Of a stretch of DNA of 34,775 nucleotides, positions 1 to 8,032 are shown one piece after another. This stretch comes from Thermoproteota archaeon (GTDB lineage Archaea; Korarchaeota; Korarchaeia; Korarchaeales; Korarchaeaceae). Numbering within the stretch: position 1 is the stretch's first letter; each line of letters opens with the position of its first letter. The stretch is taken from NCBI GenBank assembly GCA_015522685.1, contig WALU01000048.1:1-34775 (forward strand), read 5' to 3'. Under the pieces are notes generated by a model. The model saw only the letters and a program-made list of their open reading frames with translations, was not told the DNA's origin and made no database searches. Both the position numbers and the translations under genes were made by a program.

Positions 1-1
1 C

Positions 2-808
2 GCAGTCTATCACTGGCAGCTCAATTGGCTCTATCCGATGAATGCAACTGGAGTATTTGCTGGTATCTACGACAGAGTTGAGGACAGGAACGGTGATGGA
101 GTATTCACTGGAGCAACCGAGCTAGTACCGGTAACAACGCCCGAAGGAAAGACTGTATTCGAGGATGTAACACCCACAGGCTACAAGGATCTGAAATTCA
201 ACTTTACCAATCCAGAGGAGGTATTCAGCTTCGTAAGGGCTCCAATAGCCTACATGGACAGCTGGGTCTTCGATGGTAAGAAACTCAGCGAGGATGTGGT
301 GAACAAGAACCTAATACTCGTAGGTGGACCTCTGGTCAACACGCTGGTGAACTACCTGAATGATACTGGTAACCTATACGTACTCTACAAGACTGATGGA
401 AAGACCACTTGGCTCTATAACCCACAGGGAGCTCCAGGCGAGAGAGACATCAACTTGAGCTACGCGATAAAGCTCATAGATCCAACGATAGATACTTCCT
501 ACGTCTACAAAGTCGAGGGTGGCAACGGCCTCGGTGTGGTACAGTACGCTAAGAGCAACCCGTGGAACAGCGACAAGCTCGTACTCGTAGTGGCTGGTAC
601 CGATAGGTACGGTACTCTTGCTGCTAGCATAGCCCTATCTGATCCAACCAAGCTTGCTAACACCACCATACAGACCTTCTACCAGGCTGGCATGGACAAA
701 GATCACGCTCCTGCAGTCATAGTCGTAGGAATAAGGCCAACAACTGTACCGACGAGGGTTTCCGTATCTCCTGTGCTGGTAGTTCCTGTCGGACTACCTA
801 GCAGCTAA
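2..808 (+). CDS. S-layer protein, C-terminal part (5'-truncated by window edge)
   Basis: Frame is open from position 2 (AVYHWQLNWLYPM...). NLILVGGPLVN and LVLVVAGTDRYGTLAA motifs match the archaeal S-layer C-terminal domain. Strong TAC/AAC/TTC codon bias indicates high expression. Confidence 0.8.
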   Translation, partial: AVYHWQLNWLYPMNATGVFAGIYDRVEDRNGDGVFTGATELVPVTTPEGKTVFEDVTPTGYKDLKFNFTNPEEVFSFVRAPIAYMDSWVFDGKKLSEDVVNKNLILVGGPLVNTLVNYLNDTGNLYVLYKTDGKTTWLYNPQGAPGERDINLSYAIKLIDPTIDTSYVYKVEGGNGLGVVQYAKSNPWNSDKLVLVVAGTDRYGTLAASIALSDPTKLANTTIQTFYQAGMDKDHAPAVIVVGIRPTTVPTRVSVSPVLVVPVGLPSS

Positions 809-862
809 ATCCTCTCCTTCCTTCCTTTTCTTTTTTCTTTTCTGTTCCTATTTTATTCTTAT
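809..862 (+). terminator. Polypyrimidine/oligo-T archaeal terminator
   Basis: Long C/T tract (cttccttttcttttttcttttct) directly after the S-layer stop codon. Confidence 0.7.
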
Positions 863-962
863 TCTAAACCACTTCCTTGTCTATGTTATAGGTTCTATTG
901 CATAATTATTCAGTGAATTTAGTCATTCAGCCTATATCCATTTCACATTTTACGTAACTCAC

Positions 963-970
963 CTTATATA
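963..970 (+). promoter_or_regulatory. Putative TATA box
   Basis: CTTATATA about 32-39 nt upstream of ATG 1002, followed by a GCGGGTA SD-like motif. Confidence 0.5.
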
Positions 971-1001
971 TTCAGCCTTCATTACCTAAGCGGGTATTGA
1001 A

Positions 1002-3413
1002 ATGAGGAAAGCATTGATCCTCTCCTCGCTTTTAATGGCTTTAATTCTACTTCAAATTCCTCTATCTTTAGGGCAGAGTTCAAGGGAATCTATAGAACGT
1101 GCTATAGAATCCCCTCTTAAGAGTGTAAGCTCGGCACCTGACTACGGATCATCAAGTGATATATCTCAGGGTGGCTACGGGTTCGTCAATGGGATATTAT
1201 ATGTAGATAAAAGTGGGTTCACGTTCGGCCCCATACCGGATCTAGAAATGAATATTTACGCTTCTCTTATACTATCTGAGGCGCTTCAGGCTTCAAGTTT
1301 CATGACCTTAGATGAAAGAGATGTTTCTAGAGCTAGAGAGAGATTAACTTCCATAAACACTTGGATACTTGATAATGCAAAGGCAGGAGGTCTTTGGGGA
1401 TCTGATGTCAGTGGCAGACTCGTAGACGTATATTTCAGCTCCTTGGCTATAAGATCCGTTGCTGGTGCTCTATCATCGGGGGGTCTTCCTAAGGAGAAGC
1501 TTAGCGATCTCGCAAGGGCTGTATCTCAGTTGATAAAGTACCAGGACAAAGGAGGCGGATGGGGAAGAATACCAGAGGCCGATGTGTTTCAGCTGAAGGA
1601 GCCATCCCCTGATATAACTGCACAGGTACTCAAGTCCATCTTAGCAGCTAGGGAGACAGGAATCAAAGCTAGCGGTCTAGACGAAAGTATAAGGAAGGCA
1701 GTATCATACCTAGAGGGAACTGCTAGGAGGAATAAGAATTTCGTCTACTGGCAGGAGAAAAAATCATCCTCAGCTCAGATTACAGGAGATGTGGCTGATG
1801 CCCTAGCAGAAGCTATGTTTCAAGGATTTGATGTGGATAGTAATAATATAATTCAGGGTATCATCAACTACTTGGAGAACTATGTGAAGGAATCGTACTC
1901 ATCTGGCGCCTACGACATATTCACTGGTTTGGCTCTCAATGCACTAGCTAAGTTCTCCTCTCTAGGATTCCTAGAGACTGATAAGTTTGTTTCGAGCTGG
2001 GAACCCTTAATTGAAGACTTAGCCCATACAATAAAGTCAGATGGTTTGTTTACTAGCCTTCCCTTCATATGGCTCAGGTATTCCTTCACCTACACTTACG
2101 TATCAATCTTCGCTTACTGGTTAAGGGTCTCCTCCGTCTCATCGCAAGCTTACTTCGTTGGTGGATATGGAAGCTTCAACCCACCAGTTGTCGTTGAAGG
2201 AACGGACATAACCCTGAAGATAAAGGTGGAAAATAAGATAGGCAAGACTTTGGCTCTTCTCATGAGCCTTAATGTGGAATCCCCTGCTATCGTCAAAACG
2301 AGCCTTCCTTCTAGATTGGCCCTATCTGGAGGGAAATATAAGGAGTTTTCAATAAAAATAGCCGCTCCGGATAAGATTTCATCCCCCAAAAACGTATCTG
2401 TCAAGCTATATATAAAAGATAGTTCGGGTAAGCCTTTATTCACTAAAGCGCTCTCTTTCAGGATCCTCAGGAATCCCAGACTTTCTCTAGAGTCAAAGGT
2501 AGTCCATCCAACGGCGGTTCAGATTAGAAAGCCTGTTAACGTTACCTTAACCATGTCTAACATAGGAGATCTGCCTATATCTGATATAAGCATAATAGAG
2601 AAGCTGGGAGCTGGTTTTGAACTTGTTACGAATTTCCCTGGGAATGGGACTGCATTGGTCACATCTACTAATAGCTTGGGAAGCTACGTGATTCCTACAC
2701 CCCTCAATCCTGGATCAAAAATGACTTTGATCTATCAGGTCATGCCTACTGATGTTGCTCCTGGTCCTCAAACCGTATCAACGACGCTCATTGCATACAC
2801 TGATGCTAGAGGAGAAACTCATAACATCAGTAAAGAGGTCAAAGTAACTGTCCTCAGGCCTTATGTCATCCTTTCCTCTAACGCTACCTCCCTGAAGATG
2901 GAGTGGGATGAGGAAAGGAGCTTGGTTATAGCAGTATCCAACACTGGTAATGAGGACGCTACGGATGTGGAGCTCAAGGTAGCGACGGGAGAGGGAGCGA
3001 ACCTGAACCTAAGCATGGTACCGAAGAACGTCCTTATGAGACCGAATCCAGATGGATCTATGCTCCTGAGAGTAGATAAGCTCAAGTCAGGAGATACCCT
3101 GAGCATACCCCTTAGATTAAAGGCAACTAATTTCTACCCTGCTACTGAGCTTGGCAGCTTTCTCAGCATAGGCTACGATTACAAGGACTCGATAGGGAGG
3201 AGCATGCCATACTACTCGGGTTCCACCATCGTCAAGGTGGATATAACAGTGTCCAAGAATTTCATATATCTGGTGTCAGCGATAATACTAGCAATAGCTG
3301 CGCTTCTAGCCATAAGAATTTACAATAGATCAAGGAGAGCTAGAAGAGAGAGAACGTCCCCTCTTATAAAGCTACAAAAGAAGAGAAAGGGGAGGAGTCC
3401 TTTTGGAAGCTAA
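1002..3413 (+). CDS. Secreted, C-terminally anchored protein with N-terminal alpha/alpha toroid (prenyltransferase/A2M-TED-like) and Ig-like (DUF11/CARDB/BatD-like) domains
   Basis: Signal peptide; LIKYQDKGGGWG, ITAQVLKSILAA and IRKAVSYL repeat motifs; VxLxxSNxG beta-sandwich motifs; C-terminal TM helix plus basic tail. Confidence 0.7.
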   Translation: MRKALILSSLLMALILLQIPLSLGQSSRESIERAIESPLKSVSSAPDYGSSSDISQGGYGFVNGILYVDKSGFTFGPIPDLEMNIYASLILSEALQASSFMTLDERDVSRARERLTSINTWILDNAKAGGLWGSDVSGRLVDVYFSSLAIRSVAGALSSGGLPKEKLSDLARAVSQLIKYQDKGGGWGRIPEADVFQLKEPSPDITAQVLKSILAARETGIKASGLDESIRKAVSYLEGTARRNKNFVYWQEKKSSSAQITGDVADALAEAMFQGFDVDSNNIIQGIINYLENYVKESYSSGAYDIFTGLALNALAKFSSLGFLETDKFVSSWEPLIEDLAHTIKSDGLFTSLPFIWLRYSFTYTYVSIFAYWLRVSSVSSQAYFVGGYGSFNPPVVVEGTDITLKIKVENKIGKTLALLMSLNVESPAIVKTSLPSRLALSGGKYKEFSIKIAAPDKISSPKNVSVKLYIKDSSGKPLFTKALSFRILRNPRLSLESKVVHPTAVQIRKPVNVTLTMSNIGDLPISDISIIEKLGAGFELVTNFPGNGTALVTSTNSLGSYVIPTPLNPGSKMTLIYQVMPTDVAPGPQTVSTTLIAYTDARGETHNISKEVKVTVLRPYVILSSNATSLKMEWDEERSLVIAVSNTGNEDATDVELKVATGEGANLNLSMVPKNVLMRPNPDGSMLLRVDKLKSGDTLSIPLRLKATNFYPATELGSFLSIGYDYKDSIGRSMPYYSGSTIVKVDITVSKNFIYLVSAIILAIAALLAIRIYNRSRRARRERTSPLIKLQKKRKGRSPFGS

Positions 3414-4011
3414 ATATAAGTATATAATTTTGATTGCAATTTTGGCTTTGGCTATTACCTTAGTATACTTTTTTACTCTTCAGAAGAAGGAAAAACCAAA
3501 GAGAGAAGTATGGTCTATTACTATAACTTATCCACTCAATCAGACGATGAAGGAAGGATCTGGAAGCTTAGGACTTTCCTCTTATGCTTTAACAATGGCA
3601 ATATCTTTCTTCTCGAAGGGTAAGCTCAATGAAACTAACATACATGTAGGCCCACTAGGCACGGTTCCAAGGGGAAATGTAACCGTAGTTCTCTCCTTAT
3701 CTGGAGGGACTGGTGTGGTAGTATTCACTAAGAATTCAACGATCCGATTACAGGGAAGTGATCAAAACGGTCTCTCCGCATCTACAGATAGGATGATACT
3801 AGCTATTGCTGGCGAATATGCTTTAGATTTAGATGAGAGTGGTAACTACTTGGTAGTGATCCATCCGGAGCAAGGTAATAAGGTGGGTCTGCAATGGTTA
3901 GATAAGATTCCTATATCTCTAGTCAAGAAGGTTCCTATCTACCTATACGATAGCAGGGAGGTTAACCTCAGAAAGATGCTGCTAGGGCCGTACTCTCCAG
4001 CGAATCATTGA
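3403..4011 (+). CDS. Hypothetical N-terminally membrane-anchored protein
   Basis: TTG start after GGAGG, overlapping the upstream gene; N-terminal TM helix; several N-x-S/T sequons. Confidence 0.75.
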   Translation: MEAKYKYIILIAILALAITLVYFFTLQKKEKPKREVWSITITYPLNQTMKEGSGSLGLSSYALTMAISFFSKGKLNETNIHVGPLGTVPRGNVTVVLSLSGGTGVVVFTKNSTIRLQGSDQNGLSASTDRMILAIAGEYALDLDESGNYLVVIHPEQGNKVGLQWLDKIPISLVKKVPIYLYDSREVNLRKMLLGPYSPANH

Positions 4012-4073
4012 TTATTTTCTTACTTAACTACTTTCTTTACTTTATGAGATTTACAACTTTGACAAGGCAATAC

Positions 4074-4080
4074 TTTTTAT
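4074..4080 (+). promoter_or_regulatory. Putative TATA box for mrp
   Basis: TTTTTAT 29-35 nt upstream of ATG 4109; the same motif recurs before alaS, lrp and rpl14. Confidence 0.5.
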
Positions 4081-4108
4081 CAGCCATGGGGCTTATCGGA
4101 AGACACAA

Positions 4109-5005
4109 ATGAATATAAGAAAAGTAAATGTAAAATCATTAAAGAGTGTAGCTGACAGAAGAAGGAGAATTAGGGAAAAAGAGAAGAGATGGAGGCACAA
4201 AATAGCGGTATTGAGCGGTAAGGGCGGTGTAGGAAAGACTACGGTGGCTGTTAATATGGCTATTGCTTTAGCAAGGAAGGGGTACAGAGTAGGCCTTCTT
4301 GATGCTGATATTCATGGCCCTGATGTAGCTAAAATGTTAGGAATAGATAGTCCGAAGCTTTCAGCGGAGAAAATGGAAGATCATTCCGAGCTAATACCCC
4401 CCGAAGTCGATTTGGGATATAAAATTACGCCAATGAAGGTGATTACGCTGGGGTTCTTGGTGGAGGAAGATCAACCCATAATTTGGAGAGGTCCTGTCAT
4501 TATGAAAGCTATTTGGCAGCTTTTAGGGGATGTAAAGTGGGGAGAGTTGGACTTCTTCATCGTGGATTTTCCTCCTGGTACTGGAGACGAGATATTGACT
4601 GTAGTCCAAAGCATGGATGTAGACGCATCCATAATCATAACAACGCCTCAGGAAGTATCCTTGCTCGATTGCGGCAAAGCAATTAACTTCATGAAGAAGA
4701 TGAAGATTCCTTACATAGCTGTAACTGAGAACATGAGCTATCTGATCTGTCCTCACTGTGGAAGTAGAATAGATCTATTTGGTAGAGGAGGTGGGAGGAG
4801 GCTAGCTAAAAAGGAGGGCGTAGATTTCTTAGGAGAGATACCCTTTGATTTAAATGCTAGAGAGTTATGCGATAGAGGTAGACCTGTAGTACTGGACAAA
4901 GACTCGCTTGCCGGAAAAGCGTTGTTAGAAGTGGTTAATAAGTTGGAAAGAAGATGTCTAAGAATCTCCGAGATGGAGGATAAGCAACTTAACCAATTAA
5001 ATTGA
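4109..5005 (+). CDS. mrp: Mrp/NBP35 family ATPase (iron-sulfur cluster carrier protein)
   Basis: SGKGGVGKTT deviant Walker A, DADIHGP, IIWRGP, DFPPGTGD, TTPQ, ENMS..CPHC. Confidence 0.95.
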   Translation: MNIRKVNVKSLKSVADRRRRIREKEKRWRHKIAVLSGKGGVGKTTVAVNMAIALARKGYRVGLLDADIHGPDVAKMLGIDSPKLSAEKMEDHSELIPPEVDLGYKITPMKVITLGFLVEEDQPIIWRGPVIMKAIWQLLGDVKWGELDFFIVDFPPGTGDEILTVVQSMDVDASIIITTPQEVSLLDCGKAINFMKKMKIPYIAVTENMSYLICPHCGSRIDLFGRGGGRRLAKKEGVDFLGEIPFDLNARELCDRGRPVVLDKDSLAGKALLEVVNKLERRCLRISEMEDKQLNQLN

Positions 5006-5042
5006 TCAATTTGATTGCCTTATTATTGAAATTGCAATAGAA

Positions 5043-5117
5043 CGGGCCCGGGGGGACTTGAACCCTCGACCTGCGGCTTAGAAGGCCGCCGCTCTATCCT
5101 TGCTGAGCTACGGGCCC
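5043..5117 (-). tRNA. tRNA-Arg(TCT), intronless, CCA not encoded
   Basis: Reverse complement GGGCCCGTAGCTCAGCAAGGATAGAGCGGCGGCCTTCTAAGCCGCAGGTCGAGGGTTCAAGTCCCCCCGGGCCCG folds to a cloverleaf with anticodon loop CT-TCT-AA. Confidence 0.97.
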
Positions 5118-5140
5118 ATCTTTTACGACCATAAACGAAG

Positions 5141-5153
5141 ATATAATTAATAT
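5141..5153. promoter_or_regulatory. AT-rich TATA region between divergent tRNA-Arg and surface protein gene
   Basis: ATATAATTAATAT lies about 25 nt from the tRNA 5' end and about 30-40 nt from ATG 5184. Confidence 0.5.
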
Positions 5154-5183
5154 CCTCCTCTCTAATTCACCTCGGATGTAGAA

Positions 5184-7370
5184 ATGGATCATGTCAGGTT
5201 AATAATGTTACTCTTGATATTAGCGCTGCTTACTCCCACTTATCCTTCTATTCATATGGCTAAGGCTCAAGTAGTTAAATATGACTGGACAGGCCTATCT
5301 ATGAAGAATGGGACAAGATATAACCTCCCTGGAGGATTCCAAATGGAATGTACGATAGAAAAGCAGGGAGGATTTCCTACTGGAGTTGCTACAAGAATTC
5401 TTAAGAACGGAGAAGTTTGTCTTAATTACCAGTTTACATTAATAGAAGGTGATAATACAAGATCGAAAATTCCTGTTAAGGAAGGTTGTACTAGTGGGAG
5501 AGTCTTATACAAAGTTTTGATAAAAGGAGATTTAACAGATATAAATAATGGAATAATTTATTTTGATATAGTAGACTCAATACTACCTCCTACAACAAAT
5601 TTGGCGATGAACATAAACTTTCCTAGGACTAAAGAGTTCGATGAACCCTACGCTCAATTCCAGGTACCTGTAATAATAAAGAATTTAGGTCCTTGGGACG
5701 TAAAGTGGGTTAAAGTTTACTCTAACTGGTTTAGGCTTGATGGGGAGGGGAGTATAAGCCTTTCCAGCATAATACCAGTAGAAGGAGTTAAAAGAGGAGA
5801 TAATGATGTTAATATAACCTTAAATGGATTGCATGCCAATGAATCGCAACAAGTTACATTTAATTTTCATGCAGGCCCAGGAGAGGGAAAATACGGAAAT
5901 TATACAGCTGCTTTCGTCGTAACTTATCCCGTTACCTTCAAATATGATAGAACGGAAAGCAGAGGGTCTGGTGTTAACCAATATCAAGCCATGATCTACG
6001 AGTATGATCCTAATGCAACCAAATCCCTAAATGGCTCAATAAATGTAGTCTTTGGCCTTAGGTATAAAGGTCATACAGGTAGACCTAGAGTCGTTCTGTC
6101 AATATCGAGGCCAACAGGAGATCTTGAGGTCAATCCTGGGACACCGATAACATTCGATTTCAGGGTGCAGAATATAGGCAATGACGATGCCTATAATGTT
6201 ACAATAAATGCTAAGGTAGACCCTAACCTACCAATAGATATAACTAAACCCTCGAGCATAGCTGGGCATACTTTCCCAATAGTTGTTCATTCTGACATGC
6301 CTCCGAGGGCCATGACCGATGAGATAGCGTTCAGAATAATAGTACCATCGGATGCTGAGGGGATGACCTATCATGCAAACATTTCCGTCGGTTACTTTAA
6401 CATTAGAAGCGAATATAATAGAACTTTCAGGCTATTCACTATAAGTGTCAAGAAGTTTGGTACTTCAAAGCTCTATGTAACAAAGAGTATTTCATCAACT
6501 ACGATACCAGTAAATGGAACCATAGATGTAAATGTCATAGTTGGCAATAATGGTACAGCAGCAGCCACCAACGTAGTCGTTGAGGATAGCTATCCCTCCG
6601 ATATATTCAAGCTTGTTTCTGGTAAGACGAAGGTTAGTACGAGCAAGTTAAATCCAGGAAGCATGATTCCTCTATCCTATAAGCTGAAAGCTGTTAGGGA
6701 AGGGGTAGCTAACTTTGGACCAGCAAAGGTAACTTATATAGATCCTAAGGAGGGCCAAAGAGTGGTGCTCTCTGCTCAGAAATCTCCCGTTGTCATTACC
6801 ATAGTAAGGCCAGAGCTATCGGTTAGGGTTGAGGATATTCCTCAAAACGTCACCGTCGTGAACTCATTGGCTGGTTTCTCAATTTATATGATAAATAGAG
6901 GAAGTGGTGACGCTAAGGATCTGACCTTGGACATGGAGCTATCTCCTGGCTTCTATATGGTCAGCCCACCTACAATAAAGAAGGGTGAAGGGGTATCTTG
7001 CGATCAGCCAGTCTGGGAGCCAAAGGAGAATGAGATAAGGGTAAAGATGGTATGTGATACAGTGAAGCCAGAAGGTTTTGTTAAGCTTATACTCACACTG
7101 AAGACCCAGACCACTGGAAAGCAGTGGATAAAGGTGAAAGATATCTATTACAAGTCACCAGATGGCCTTACCACTCTAGAGGTACCTACATCCTCTTACA
7201 GGTATGAAGCAGTTGTAGTGACCCCATTAGAGCTGAGAATGTTCTATCTAGCTATCTTCACGTTCTCAGTACTTATAGTGGCTATGTTTGTCATAGGCGT
7301 AACTAGGGGGTTCAGGGTATCCATTGGTAGGAAGAGGCCAAGGACAAGGTTTGGTGCATTGGAGAGCTAG
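5184..7370 (+). CDS. Cell-surface glycoprotein with tandem DUF11/CARDB/BatD-like Ig domains and C-terminal TM anchor
   Basis: Signal peptide; repeated I/V-x-N-x-G...A-x-N/D-V motifs; YVTKSIS; many NxS/T sequons; TM helix plus basic tail. Confidence 0.75.
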   Translation: MDHVRLIMLLLILALLTPTYPSIHMAKAQVVKYDWTGLSMKNGTRYNLPGGFQMECTIEKQGGFPTGVATRILKNGEVCLNYQFTLIEGDNTRSKIPVKEGCTSGRVLYKVLIKGDLTDINNGIIYFDIVDSILPPTTNLAMNINFPRTKEFDEPYAQFQVPVIIKNLGPWDVKWVKVYSNWFRLDGEGSISLSSIIPVEGVKRGDNDVNITLNGLHANESQQVTFNFHAGPGEGKYGNYTAAFVVTYPVTFKYDRTESRGSGVNQYQAMIYEYDPNATKSLNGSINVVFGLRYKGHTGRPRVVLSISRPTGDLEVNPGTPITFDFRVQNIGNDDAYNVTINAKVDPNLPIDITKPSSIAGHTFPIVVHSDMPPRAMTDEIAFRIIVPSDAEGMTYHANISVGYFNIRSEYNRTFRLFTISVKKFGTSKLYVTKSISSTTIPVNGTIDVNVIVGNNGTAAATNVVVEDSYPSDIFKLVSGKTKVSTSKLNPGSMIPLSYKLKAVREGVANFGPAKVTYIDPKEGQRVVLSAQKSPVVITIVRPELSVRVEDIPQNVTVVNSLAGFSIYMINRGSGDAKDLTLDMELSPGFYMVSPPTIKKGEGVSCDQPVWEPKENEIRVKMVCDTVKPEGFVKLILTLKTQTTGKQWIKVKDIYYKSPDGLTTLEVPTSSYRYEAVVVTPLELRMFYLAIFTFSVLIVAMFVIGVTRGFRVSIGRKRPRTRFGALES

Positions 7371-7399
7371 CAATAGTGAACTACCCTATCTGCTATAAA

Positions 7400-7578
7400 C
7401 GTAGAGGCCCCCTTCACAGGGGGGCTTACCCTTCAATTGTCGCTTTAGCGATAAAGATGAGTAGAGGCCACAGGCTGACAGGGCCATCCCGCTCCCCCTC
7501 TATTTTCTTCACAGAATGAGCTGGAATGTAATCTCTATATGGGAAACCTCCCTCTTTAGCGGAGAGAGGAGGGATTAG
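7400..7578 (+). mobile_element. Putative degenerate non-autonomous IS200/IS605-family mini-element (PATE/MITE-like)
   Basis: Left hairpin GGCCCCCTTCACAGGGGGGCTTACCCTTCAATTGTC and right end GGGAAACCTCCCTCTTTAGCGGAGAGAGGAGG resemble recalled archaeal IS605 subterminal hairpins. No transposase ORF. Confidence 0.45.
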
Positions 7579-7664
7579 TATAAGAGCCTGAATATCCTTT
7601 GGTTTTAGCTTCCCGCCGATAGAGTTAAAAAGTGAGATTAACTGTATCACGAGGTGTGATAAGA

Positions 7665-7985
7665 ATGGGAATGGAGTACATATATGCAGCTCTTATGCTC
7701 CATGAAGTGAAGAATAAAGTAGAAGAATCAGACTTAGAGCAAGTACTCAAGGCTGCTGGTGTAGAGCCTGACCCCGCTAGGATAAAGCAGCTAGTTAGCA
7801 ATTTATCCAGCTTAAACATAGATGAGATTGTAAGTCAGGCAGCGGTAACAACAACTGCTCCAGCTCCAGCACCAGCTCCTACTGAAGAATCTAAAGCTGA
7901 AGAGAAGAAAGAAGAGAAGAAGGAGGAGAAGGAGAAAGAAGAGGAAGAAGCAGCCCTTGCAGGCTTAGGAGCATTATTTGGTTGA
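7665..7985 (+). CDS. rpl12: 50S ribosomal stalk protein P1 (aL12)
   Basis: [12 protein letters not shown]-terminus, Ala/Pro hinge, acidic tail ending GLGALFG. Start placed at ATG 7665 (or 7671) after GAGGTG. Confidence 0.97.
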   Translation: MGMEYIYAALMLHEVKNKVEESDLEQVLKAAGVEPDPARIKQLVSNLSSLNIDEIVSQAAVTTTAPAPAPAPTEESKAEEKKEEKKEEKEKEEEEAALAGLGALFG

Positions 7986-8032
7986 GACCATCTAATTTTT
8001 ATCCCTCCCTCACAACTTTTCGAGGATGACTA

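Noticed and set aside
7455-7592. C/D box sRNA (GATGA…CTGA motifs)
   Set aside because: No full RUGAUGA C box, and the spacing does not fit a 50-60 nt double guide.
7380-7620. RNase P RNA or SRP RNA in the GC-rich spacer (ACAGGGGGGCTTA resembles the RNase P 3' conserved region)
   Set aside because: No GAGGAA(A/G)NUCC-type 5' region on either strand, the motif is at the wrong end, and there is no SRP helix-8 motif.
7426-7650. 74-aa minus-strand ORF
   Set aside because: No recognisable motif; it overlaps the rpl12 promoter and the hairpin element.
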